In this document: positions 37,665 to 46,349 of the stretch, in pieces
Layout: each line of letters opens with the position of its first letter
How positions within the stretch are numbered: position 1 is the stretch's first letter
Source: a virus
Taxonomy: Duplodnaviria > Caudoviricetes
Length of the DNA stretch: 55,594 nt
Reading direction: 5' to 3' (one strand)
IMG/VR virus record: IMGVR_UViG_3300007770_000016
Span: 1-55,594 of that record
Position numbers and translations under genes: made by a program
The notes under the pieces: model-generated
Databases searched by the model: none
What the model saw: the letters and a program-made list of their open reading frames with translations, nothing else
Told to the model about the DNA's origin: nothing

Positions 37665-38367
37665 TAATGAATTCCTTTATTTTTATAGTTTTACGGGGTA
37701 GAGTGAATTGATTGGAGTTTCTCCAATGTGATGTGTGAGCATTTAGGAGGGAATAACCATTTCGATCTTTGAACTCTTGGTGTTCTGGTTCTTCCCAATG
37801 TTTGAGTATTGGTTTGATATCTGTTGGATTAATGATGTTATTTTTCATTGCTCTGATTAGGAAGTCGTGGACTTCTGTATTTGATGAGAAGTCGTAGTCT
37901 CTTAATTTTTCAATTGAGTGGAACATTTCATTTTTGCGTTCTTCTAGTCCGAATGCGAAATTACGTAGTTCGGAATAGATTGTATCCCACACGTTACGGG
38001 TGTGTTTGTTGCTTACAATGAACTCTCCGGTGTAGAGACCATTTGAACAAACGAATGTGTCTGTGCCTTCTATGAGGGCTACTGGTAGTGTTTTGTCGTG
38101 ACTGTTAAAGACTGCAATCTTGTATTTGTAGTCATCGGTAGAGAATTTCTCGTTTTGTATGTTGAGTTTCCCTACGTATCGTTGACCATCGTGTGAAATG
38201 AGGTGTTCTGCATTTTCTGTTGAGAAGTTGAGTACCTCAAGGGTTTCCGCCAATCTATGGAACAGTTGGTGGTGTTCTACAGGTTGATGGGTTCGTGTTG
38301 CTTCTGGTATGGGAACTTGTTTAAGTTGATCCCACGTTACTAATTCTGTTGCTCCGTGCTTTTTCAT
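37573..38367 (-). CDS. DUF932-family protein
   Basis: NSHDKT ... FVCSNGL ... KHT motifs. Confidence 0.8.
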   Translation of the reverse strand: MKKHGATELVTWDQLKQVPIPEATRTHQPVEHHQLFHRLAETLEVLNFSTENAEHLISHDGQRYVGKLNIQNEKFSTDDYKYKIAVFNSHDKTLPVALIEGTDTFVCSNGLYTGEFIVSNKHTRNVWDTIYSELRNFAFGLEERKNEMFHSIEKLRDYDFSSNTEVHDFLIRAMKNNIINPTDIKPILKHWEEPEHQEFKDRNGYSLLNAHTSHWRNSNQFTLPRKTIKIKEFINEFKQPTLEPIEQGYREPRITPFDFGGGTF

Positions 38368-38684
38368 AGGTTTTCCTTTAGAGTTAATTTTTCGAAGTGT
38401 TCTTCGAGTGAGTTTTCATATTTTGTTTGTTCATGGATACATTCCATGAGATTTTGCATAACTGTTTTTATCATTTCTCTTAACAGTCCCTCTTTAATTT
38501 CAAATGGGATATTTGAAGAAGAACTAGAAGATAAAACATCTACAGTTTCAAAGAAATCTTTAATTATATCTCTTTTTATTTCTTCTATGGGTTTTTCGTT
38601 GTCTAATATGCGCATTAATGCTACGTGTCCTAATGCAGATATTCTTGTGTTTATCGTATTATTTAAGAAGTTTTCAGTGTTCAT
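38364..38684 (-). CDS. Hypothetical early protein
   Basis: SD AAGGA; coupled to neighbours. Confidence 0.55.
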   Translation of the reverse strand: MNTENFLNNTINTRISALGHVALMRILDNEKPIEEIKRDIIKDFFETVDVLSSSSSSNIPFEIKEGLLREMIKTVMQNLMECIHEQTKYENSLEEHFEKLTLKENL

Positions 38685-38949
38685 TGTATTGTTCCTTTTT
38701 AGTTTCGAGGTTTAACATTTCTGGAATTATAAAGATTAATGCTCTTAATCTAAGAGCGGTGATTGTTAGTGATGGGATATCTGTTCCCATCGATTCAAGT
38801 TGGTCTAGTTCTCTTAGAAGAGTGGATGCTTGATTCCACATATCTTCGATGTGACGAGTTGGAATACAAACTAGGTCTGGGTCGGCTAAACTTTCTTTTA
38901 GTTTAGCCATTTCGTATTCGAATGTTTCATCGTGTTGGTCGTAGTTCAT
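38674..38949 (-). CDS. Hypothetical early protein
   Basis: SD AAGGAG before the ATG at 38949. Confidence 0.55.
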   Translation of the reverse strand: MNYDQHDETFEYEMAKLKESLADPDLVCIPTRHIEDMWNQASTLLRELDQLESMGTDIPSLTITALRLRALIFIIPEMLNLETKKEQYNEH

Positions 38950-39245
38950 TTGTTCTCCTTTGGTTTTTGCCAGTCTGCTAGGGTGCATCGTGTGTTATCA
39001 CTCCATGGTTTCGCTCGTTCGAGGTCATCTAATAGAGTGGGGGATGATCTAGCAATTTCGATTGCTATTTTATTTGTTATCTCTTCGAAGTATTCGAAAT
39101 CTACTTCTTCGAGAATCGATATTATTGTGTCTAGACGTTCATCTGTTAGTGTGGAATCATTTAGTGCTTCCCACACTTCGGTTGCGGTTTTTCCTTCTTC
39201 TAACATTGTTTCGATTGTTTCGATTGCTTCTAAGGGGTTTTCCAT
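38946..39245 (-). CDS. Hypothetical acidic early protein
   Basis: SD GGGAG; very Glu-rich. Confidence 0.55.
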   Translation of the reverse strand: MENPLEAIETIETMLEEGKTATEVWEALNDSTLTDERLDTIISILEEVDFEYFEEITNKIAIEIARSSPTLLDDLERAKPWSDNTRCTLADWQKPKENK

Positions 39246-39648
39246 GTTTTTGCTCCCATCTTTCTATATCTGAGGGTTTGTGGTTCGGTAGTGGTTTATT
39301 TGAATAGACAGTGATTTGTTTTTTTCTTATTGCTTGTTCTTCCCAACGTATTACTGTGCGGAGTACTATGCTCCACCCTGTAAAGTTGGGTGTTGTATTT
39401 CTAATACATTTACCTGAGATGACTTCTTTTGCTACATAGAAGTCATCTGTAGTATCGGTGTCGAAATCTCTTAGTATTGAAGGGATTTTTTCACCGAATT
39501 GTTTCCTTTCCCAGTGTTGTTTTGATCTCCACGCTGCTGGGTTTTGGTCTATTTCATAGTGAAATTCGTTGTCCCATTGCATAGGACAATTTGCGAATTG
39601 CATGCTATCTACTTGTTGTACTGCACTCCATTTTCCTGTTTTTCTCAT
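39157..39648 (-). CDS. Hypothetical early protein
   Basis: SD AAGGAG; 3' end overlaps the next gene. Confidence 0.55.
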   Translation of the reverse strand: MRKTGKWSAVQQVDSMQFANCPMQWDNEFHYEIDQNPAAWRSKQHWERKQFGEKIPSILRDFDTDTTDDFYVAKEVISGKCIRNTTPNFTGWSIVLRTVIRWEEQAIRKKQITVYSNKPLPNHKPSDIERWEQKHGKPLRSNRNNRNNVRRRKNRNRSVGSTK

Positions 39649-39677
39649 CCTTGAGTCTCCTTATTAGTGTTTACATA

Positions 39678-39728
39678 GTGAGCCACGCCCCGTTCGGGCA
39701 CAGAGACCGAACGGGGCTAGTGGGTCAC
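39678..39728. other. Long GC-rich intergenic hairpin
   Basis: GCCCCGTTCGG (39687-39697) pairs with CCGAACGGGGC (39707-39717); outer stem GTGAGCCAC/GTGGGTCAC. Confidence 0.7.
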
Positions 39729-39731
39729 GGT

Positions 39732-39971
39732 TTATTCTATTGGCACATCCATTGCTGCTTGATGGATATGTTCTTCTGGAATTAAATCCTGAAGATTCAT
39801 ATCATTTATAGCTTCGATGAGGTCTCCACCTGTTTTAGGTTTGAGTCCTCCTTTATCTTCTGTTGGCATTCCTTCTTCATCAAAGGTTTGCCAAAAGTAT
39901 GTTTGCATCGGAAAGTCGTATCCGTATGCGAATGTTCCTCCGTTTCCTAGATTTATTTCAAATCTACTCAT
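39732..39971 (-). CDS. Hypothetical early protein
   Basis: YGYD.PMQTYFWQ motif; coupled to the upstream gene. Confidence 0.6.
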   Translation of the reverse strand: MSRFEINLGNGGTFAYGYDFPMQTYFWQTFDEEGMPTEDKGGLKPKTGGDLIEAINDMNLQDLIPEEHIHQAAMDVPIE

Positions 39972-40180
39972 TTAAACCATCCTTTATCTCGATTGAGAGG
40001 TAGATTAAGCCATTCTAAATTTTTGTTATAGTTTCCTGAACATACCATGCAGTGTGACCACCAATTGTTCTCGTCATCACATACTTTAAATCCTCTAATG
40101 AGGATTTGATCTGGTTCTGTAGGGTGGTTTTCTGGTGATAAACAGTGAGGACATTGTAAACCGTTTATTAATTCTAACAT
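39968..40180 (-). CDS. Small Zn-finger-like protein
   Basis: CPHC ... HCMVC; SD AAAGGAGG. Confidence 0.6.
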   Translation of the reverse strand: MLELINGLQCPHCLSPENHPTEPDQILIRGFKVCDDENNWWSHCMVCSGNYNKNLEWLNLPLNRDKGWFK

Positions 40181-40202
40181 GTTGCCTCCTTTACGGTGTA
40201 AT

Positions 40203-40598
40203 CTACACCTTCTTTGATTTCTTTCGTAGTAGTTGTATTAAACATCCAATTACCTGAACGCTTGGGTCTTTCCATGATTTTTCTATTGCTGTTGAAATAG
40301 CATTTGTACTCTTGTTGTTCAAATGAAGATTCATGTTGTTAACCCATTTAGGTACTTCCTCTAATGCTTCTTTTAGGGTTGAAATGGTTAGAGGGTTTAT
40401 ATCGTTGGGTGATTCAAAATCATCGTGTTTGTTAGAGGCTAAAGTTATAACCTCCAATGTTATATCTTTATTAGTGGGGGTTACTTCCATCACTAATACA
40501 TACGATTCTATACGTGTTTGTAGGAGTACTTTACCTGAGGAAAGTATACTTATACTTCCTTCTATTTCACCCTTTTCTAGTTCTTCTATGCAGTTCAT
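40203..40598 (-). CDS. Hypothetical early protein
   Basis: SD AAAGGA before the ATG at 40598. Confidence 0.55.
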   Translation of the reverse strand: MNCIEELEKGEIEGSISILSSGKVLLQTRIESYVLVMEVTPTNKDITLEVITLASNKHDDFESPNDINPLTISTLKEALEEVPKWVNNMNLHLNNKSTNAISTAIEKSWKDPSVQVIGCLIQLLRKKSKKV

Positions 40599-40696
40599 TG
40601 CTTTTTTCCTTTCTTGTAGTGTGGTCGTGATGATCCTAAATCTGGATCTTTGAGTGTAGCCCACAACGATTTGATTGCTTTAATGATTGTTTTCAT
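40595..40696 (-). CDS. 33-aa basic peptide (below the ORF-track cut-off)
   Basis: MKTIIKAIKSLWATLKDPDLGSSRPHYKKGKKQ; ATGA-coupled to the next gene. Confidence 0.45.
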   Translation of the reverse strand: MKTIIKAIKSLWATLKDPDLGSSRPHYKKGKKQ

Positions 40697-40826
40697 TGTT
40701 TATGCCTTTCAATAATGAATAGTATTTGTGATAGTCATGCATTGCTTGGGTTCTACTCGTTGAAATCCATGCTCTTCGAGCGAACCTCATTTGTATCCAA
40801 TAGTAGATCTTCTTTATGAGTTTCAT
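40680..40826 (-). CDS. Small early protein
   Basis: SD AAAGGAGG before the ATG at 40826. Confidence 0.55.
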   Translation of the reverse strand: MKLIKKIYYWIQMRFARRAWISTSRTQAMHDYHKYYSLLKGINNENNH

Positions 40827-41058
40827 TGTTGTCCTCCTTTGGACTTGGTTTGGGGTTGATGTTAACTGATTGATTCTTAATGAATTCATAAGAAATTGTA
40901 CTGTTTAATGTGTAAATATACAATTTCTAGTGATCAGCCATTGCGTATCAACAGTCAAAAAAATATCCACATCCACTGCCGACTATACGACAGTGAATGT
41001 AGATTATTACGTTAGGTATCCACTAGTTGTAAGCCTTTGCTTGCGTGGATTTAACACC

Positions 41059-41505
41059 TTACGATTTTGGAATGCCACCGGTTGTTGTTCCTGCACTGCT
41101 AGTTGCCTTTCTAGGAGGAATTTCTTCAAGACCTTGCATTTTGGCTACTTCACGACAAAGTTGGTCACCGTTTACGAAGTACATAACTTGCATCATGCCA
41201 CCATCAGTTACTGGACGATAACCAAATGCTTTTTTATCTACGCCATTTTTATCTTTGTAAGCACCTACTTGTGTGCCTGTGCTCCATAGTGATAAACTAC
41301 CTTGTTCACCAACGGGCTTTGTAGCATCCCATTGGCACTGCATATCACGAAAATCAAGAAGGCTATGTTCACCAATCTGAACACCTTTACCTGTGAGTTT
41401 CGTAATTAATGCTGAAGAACCACTGTTTGCTTGGGCTTCTTTTCGAGCTTCGGCACTTACTTCGACTGTTGCATTCCCTGCAACTGGGGTTGTATCTTTA
41501 CTCAT
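41059..41505 (-). CDS. First gene of the leftward early block, hypothetical
   Basis: SD AGGAG; followed by a hairpin and T-run near 40957-41000. Confidence 0.65.
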   Translation of the reverse strand: MSKDTTPVAGNATVEVSAEARKEAQANSGSSALITKLTGKGVQIGEHSLLDFRDMQCQWDATKPVGEQGSLSLWSTGTQVGAYKDKNGVDKKAFGYRPVTDGGMMQVMYFVNGDQLCREVAKMQGLEEIPPRKATSSAGTTTGGIPKS

Positions 41506-41597
41506 TTTGTTTTACTCCTATGTAAATGTTAATATTGAGTATTGTAATTTGATAACGAATTCAAAAAACGAAAAAGAATACACCCAACAACGATGTT

Positions 41598-41761
41598 TGC
41601 GGAAGCCGCGGTCAAGATTGAACCACCTTCACAAAACACGCGAGTCCGCGAGCGTAGTATGGTGGTTCGCGGGAACCGCCTTTTAACCGAACCAGTAAGG
41701 ACAATGGCCGCGAAGTCCGAACGGTTCGGCTTAAAAGTTGACCGCCTGTATGGCTTCCGCA
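41598..41761. other. Multi-stem structured element (ncRNA or ssDNA structure)
   Basis: Nested helices 41598-41607/41752-41761, 41608-41615/41738-41745, 41620-41627/41661-41668 and 41681-41693/41723-41736. Confidence 0.65.
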
Positions 41762-42025
41762 GTTGAGCCTCTGTGTTGTTCGTGTCTTTCGTATAGTTTC
41801 CATTGTTCTTTAGTTGTCCAGTTTTGTAGCCCGTTCTGCCCGTGTTGTCCCCGCACGTACACCCGTGCCGAGTCGGTGTGTGTACAGCCCTCCAAGTTTA
41901 AAATCGGGGTACCCCCATCGCCCCCTGTGCCGATTCCCAATATGGTGAAGAAACACCGATCCTGTCTAGGAATTTTTCGGTTATATACTTTACAAAACCC
42001 TAACAAGTACGTCCAATAACTATTC

Positions 42026-42282
42026 CGATCCAGTCTTGTACCGGGTATGTACCGGATGGATTTTTTTAAAAGGGCCCTTTTTACCTCTTTAAACCCCTCT
42101 TGAACCGCATGAACCGGGTGATCCAGGTATTTCTTAAAACTTAAAGTGTAAGGATCTATATATAAAGAGTTTTGGAAAATACCCGGATCATGCGGTACAC
42201 CCGGATCAAACCCCAATTCTAGCCTAAAAAGGCGGTTTCACCTAATTCACAAACTGGATCACTACCCGGTTCACCCGGTTCA
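42026..42282. repeat. Putative replication origin: 12 YGGWWCA-type iterons in mirror symmetry around an AT-rich core
   Basis: Left copies at 42026, 42037, 42048, 42101, 42110, 42119; inverted right copies at 42184, 42193, 42202, 42255, 42267, 42276; near the D5/P4 helicase gene. Confidence 0.7.
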
Positions 42283-42552
42283 CCCACCCAAGCTCTTAGG
42301 TTTTGGTATCTCAAGTACTTCTTTAGTCTCTAAGCAATACAAAACAAACCCAAAATCTTTTTTCCAAACATCCCATATCAAACCATCCTCATCTACCAAC
42401 TCATCACCATCTCGGTATTTAATTCGTAAGTGAGCCCACAACTCAGCGGGGTCCGCGTCTCTAGGAGAATGTAGATCTTTATCCATAAGCAATATATTCG
42501 ATATTCTAGTCCTACAACTAAATAAGACATCCATTGGTACTTCCATTATCAA
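42280..42552 (-). CDS. Hypothetical protein
   Basis: SD AAGGAG; downstream of the helicase. Confidence 0.55.
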   Translation of the reverse strand: MIMEVPMDVLFSCRTRISNILLMDKDLHSPRDADPAELWAHLRIKYRDGDELVDEDGLIWDVWKKDFGFVLYCLETKEVLEIPKPKSLGG

Positions 42553-42564
42553 CTCCTTCTGTGT

Positions 42565-43971
42565 TTAACACAAGTCTTCAAACTTTTTACGTAGGCTTAA
42601 ACCTTTTAAGCCCCTCTTACCCCCATGCGGTCTGTGTCTATTTACGGTCCAACTACTTTGCATCTCTATCTTTATCGACAATTGATTCCTTGCGACATGA
42701 ACATTCTTAATCGAATTCGATTTTAACCAGTCTTTCCATTGCATCCACAACAAATCCGTAGCAACAAACCCCCCCTCACTTCTTATAAACCTCTCCTCTA
42801 AAAAATGATCGAACGGATTATTCTGAAGATGATACATCTGCACCGCATCTTCAGATTGTGACAACATAGGGAACCTTCCCCCTACTCCACCTTCTAAATC
42901 AATAGCCCCTTCTACCGCCCACGCTGCGATCCCCTCCAACTCTCCAATCAACGTATCAATCAAATATGGATCTTCCTTCCCCTCAAAACTAACATTAAAT
43001 GGTAACACTAACATCTTAGATGACAGTCCCCTACCCTTATTAGGCAACTGCGGAATCTCATTAGCCTGAACAATCGGTGCAGCATTCAACACGACATTTC
43101 TCATCTGTCTCTTATATTTCACATTAACAGTAACGGGGTCCTGACCAATAATGTTCTTTAACACCCGTGTAGCCTTCTCACCCTCCCTCCCATTCAACTC
43201 ACTAACCTCACTAACACAAAGCACCCTAGAATGCTCCAACCCATCCAACCCAAAACTATCACTTAAATCATCGAGACTAGTATTCATAAACCCATCACCC
43301 CCCAACAATCTCTGCAACACCTTCCCAATAGTGCCCTTACCACTCCTAACCTTCCCATACATAAGTAACCATCTAGCATGTCTCCTATGGTTCATCAAAC
43401 AATAACCCATCCATCTCATCAACAACATACTCCACTCCGGATCGTTGTCCCCCCACTCTTCTAAGCACTTCATCCATCTCGGGCACTCAGCACCCGGATT
43501 ATAGCTTACAGGCAATATTACCGGATCAAACCAATCTTCCGTTCTCTCCATAACTTCACCCGTCTTCGCATCCACAAGTTTATCTTGAAACGCAATTACA
43601 CTTCCCGCATCCTTTCCCGGATTATCCAACCACAACGGTATATTAGAGTGGGGGATTCTTACCCTCGCTGCTAAACCTCTCACGATATTATCTATCTTTT
43701 GTTTGTTAGGTGCGACCCTACGAATACGAGGGATGCCGTCTGTGCCCATGTCTTGGTAATGAGCATCTTCAAGTTCTTTCCAACAAAGATCTTCTACCCA
43801 CTCCTGATCTCGTCTTTCCCAACGATCCCCGTACCATTGGTAAAAGTCTCCGCGGAAAGCCCATAAACCCGTCTTACCGTTAGGTGTACGAAATACACTT
43901 CTTAAAAGTGCGTCTGCTATCTTCATGGGTTCTACGGAAGTTAGTGGTTGGTCTTGAGTTCCAACTGTCAT
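42565..43971 (-). CDS. D5/P4-family SF3 helicase (primase-associated type; no primase domain apparent)
   Basis: Walker A GKVRSGKGT, VSEV, LKNIIGQD.V....KY, ANEIP motifs; probable C-terminal winged helix. Confidence 0.88.
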   Translation of the reverse strand: MTVGTQDQPLTSVEPMKIADALLRSVFRTPNGKTGLWAFRGDFYQWYGDRWERRDQEWVEDLCWKELEDAHYQDMGTDGIPRIRRVAPNKQKIDNIVRGLAARVRIPHSNIPLWLDNPGKDAGSVIAFQDKLVDAKTGEVMERTEDWFDPVILPVSYNPGAECPRWMKCLEEWGDNDPEWSMLLMRWMGYCLMNHRRHARWLLMYGKVRSGKGTIGKVLQRLLGGDGFMNTSLDDLSDSFGLDGLEHSRVLCVSEVSELNGREGEKATRVLKNIIGQDPVTVNVKYKRQMRNVVLNAAPIVQANEIPQLPNKGRGLSSKMLVLPFNVSFEGKEDPYLIDTLIGELEGIAAWAVEGAIDLEGGVGGRFPMLSQSEDAVQMYHLQNNPFDHFLEERFIRSEGGFVATDLLWMQWKDWLKSNSIKNVHVARNQLSIKIEMQSSWTVNRHRPHGGKRGLKGLSLRKKFEDLC

Positions 43972-44061
43972 TGGTGTATCCTTTACATAAGTGACTAATC
44001 AAAAACCCCCAACTATTCAGTTTCGGTTTCGATTTGAAGATTCAATAAAGGATTTACTGTA

Positions 44062-46137
44062 ATGATAACCCCCAGCCCTCAAAATGATACCACAAATATG
44101 AATTCTATGCCGAACGTTTTTGACTTTACAAAGCAAACATTTTCGAATGCTTCTGATGGAGTGAAATCTGCCATTGCCAGAAAACAAGTTTCGGAATCCC
44201 ACAACAGGGTACGTAACATGACAGCACAAACTTACGAGAGCAACACTCCGGCACCAACCCAACCTACATGGAGACCCGAAGCACCAGAGTCTAGTCCTGC
44301 GGGTTGGGTAACAGGAATCGGATCAGCTTTGGGTGGTGGGTATATGGGTTACCGTGTGGTCAAAAATTTAATAGACAAATCAAATATGTCACCACAGGAA
44401 AAGGAAGCAGCTAAAAAAGCAGTCGAAAAAAGACGAGCAGCATACGATGCGGAAAAAGCAGCAAAGAAGAAAGCAGGGAGAAATTGGTTAGGTGGTGCGG
44501 GAACTGGTCGGGCGAGGGATTGGAGACCTTGGCCACAACAACAACCGGTGAATACAGCAAGTGACACAGTAAGTCGACAAGCGGATTATGAAGCAAGAAT
44601 CACGGCACAAGAAGCTCAAGTAGCAGCCAATGAAAAAGGACTGCCCGATGTAGATTTAAAGCCTACTCCTGTCCAACGGCCCATAGACGATCTGCCTCTG
44701 GAGGTACAAAGGACAATTAACAGAGAGGTTCGTGAGAGAATTATAGCCTATAGAAGGGCTACAAATCAAAAGGAAGCACCCGGTACAATAGAAAAACTAA
44801 GAGAACAAATAACCAATAAATACCTTAAAGCATTTGAGTTGGATCCTAACTCAATGCATAAAACCATTGTTATGGAACACAATAGAATGACCCCTCACGA
44901 ATTTGCAGATTTCATTGTCAGGAAAAAGTGGGGATCTGCTGCTGTAAACAACCCCAAAGACCCTAAAGAGTATTTCAAAATTATGCAGGATTTAGTTGCT
45001 CAAATCGAAGGCCGTAGAGCCGAGGTAGCTAAATCTAAAAATGCAGCGGGTGAGAGGGCAAAATTAGGCGTAGAAATGTCGGATTGGTTAGATGCTCAGG
45101 ATTATCTTCTAGAGTCAGAAGAGGTAGTAAAGAAACGCACACTAGGAAGAGAGGGATTGGCTTCTGAGAAAACTGTCGGGATTAATAAAGAAGCCCCTAA
45201 ATGGAGAGTGGGTGCTGGTGGTCAAACTGAATACCTACTAGAGTCGATTAAACCGGGAGACCCTCCTGAATGGGCGAGGTTTGAAGATTTACATATCACT
45301 GATAAGAGGAATATGATTAAAGGGAAATATGGAGATTATCCTGAGTATACGGCTCGAGCCCACAAAGACCTAAATCGTATATGGGCAGACATGAATGCTT
45401 CATTCTCAGACAGCAAACTACCCGAACAGAGAATTATGCTTGAGAATATAGGATACGAAGGGAAGGTAAATTCTAATGCTGCTGCTGTCGAAGCTTGGGA
45501 AGCTGAACATAAAAAACTTAAGAAACAAATGCGTACAGCCGAAGCTAACTATAAAAACAGAACGGGGAAAGATCTCCGAATGGGCACGATCCGAATGGGC
45601 ACGATGGGCGGGGGTATGTCAGACGCAGATATTGCTATGGTTAAAGATTTCTTTGGGGTAAAAACTAACGCGGAGGCACTATCAAAAATCCGAGCAGGTG
45701 TAAACGCAAATCCCGCAGCGGGTATAGGGGGATTCCTGGTAACCTTGGGTGGTCTACAACAAAGGATGGAGGATACGGGTGCTAAGTGGAGCGACATTGC
45801 AAGCTCTGAAGCTTGGGGAAACGAAAATCTAGGCTCGTTCTTAGGAGAAGAAGCAGCCCACGTGGGGAACGCTTTAATCGGTGGTACAGAAAACTACAAT
45901 CTTGACAACCTAATAGGACTCGGTGATCTGGGCACACTCCGAAATCTACCCGGCGAAATTTACAGCGGTCTTGGTGACATAGCAAACCTCGCCCTTAAAC
46001 CTCTTGGGATGGGTCGTGCAGGAATGAAACCATACGACAAGAGAACAGACCCTGCTGGTATGGGACCAGAATTTTATGACAAACTCCAAGCTGATAGAGA
46101 AGCCATGAAAAAAGGGTACAAATGGAACACGAAATAA
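44062..46137 (+). CDS. Large hypothetical protein, possibly internal virion protein (start uncertain, 44062-44107)
   Basis: 691-aa ORF with Gly-zipper segments and charged helices. Confidence 0.55.
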   Translation: MITPSPQNDTTNMNSMPNVFDFTKQTFSNASDGVKSAIARKQVSESHNRVRNMTAQTYESNTPAPTQPTWRPEAPESSPAGWVTGIGSALGGGYMGYRVVKNLIDKSNMSPQEKEAAKKAVEKRRAAYDAEKAAKKKAGRNWLGGAGTGRARDWRPWPQQQPVNTASDTVSRQADYEARITAQEAQVAANEKGLPDVDLKPTPVQRPIDDLPLEVQRTINREVRERIIAYRRATNQKEAPGTIEKLREQITNKYLKAFELDPNSMHKTIVMEHNRMTPHEFADFIVRKKWGSAAVNNPKDPKEYFKIMQDLVAQIEGRRAEVAKSKNAAGERAKLGVEMSDWLDAQDYLLESEEVVKKRTLGREGLASEKTVGINKEAPKWRVGAGGQTEYLLESIKPGDPPEWARFEDLHITDKRNMIKGKYGDYPEYTARAHKDLNRIWADMNASFSDSKLPEQRIMLENIGYEGKVNSNAAAVEAWEAEHKKLKKQMRTAEANYKNRTGKDLRMGTIRMGTMGGGMSDADIAMVKDFFGVKTNAEALSKIRAGVNANPAAGIGGFLVTLGGLQQRMEDTGAKWSDIASSEAWGNENLGSFLGEEAAHVGNALIGGTENYNLDNLIGLGDLGTLRNLPGEIYSGLGDIANLALKPLGMGRAGMKPYDKRTDPAGMGPEFYDKLQADREAMKKGYKWNTK

Positions 46138-46349
46138 ATTTTAAATCTCTAAACCGAGTTGAAACCGAAGAGGACTTTAAGGGTTGGTTAAATCAATTTT
46201 CTACCGGAGATAAACCACTATTTCCCGGTTCAAAGGTCCCATCACCGGGTTGGGGATATCGTAGTCCACAGGAGCAGGAAAAAATTCGGCGAGAAAGGGA
46301 TGAGTCTATGACATACGAAGAACAATGGAACAAGATATATGGGAACTGA
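46122..46349 (+). CDS. Hypothetical protein
   Basis: 75-aa ORF within the operon. Confidence 0.45.
   Translation: MEHEINFKSLNRVETEEDFKGWLNQFSTGDKPLFPGSKVPSPGWGYRSPQEQEKIRRERDESMTYEEQWNKIYGN

Noticed and set aside
41599-41679. GCGG-NNN-CCGC mini-hairpins as N4-type virion RNAP promoters
   Set aside because: No RNA polymerase motifs were recognised in the large ORFs, and the hairpins are not repeated in front of several early genes.
41731-42216. 161-aa minus ORF and the other ORFs across 41393-42216
   Set aside because: They run through the iteron array and the structured element, lack an SD and have atypical composition; probably non-coding.
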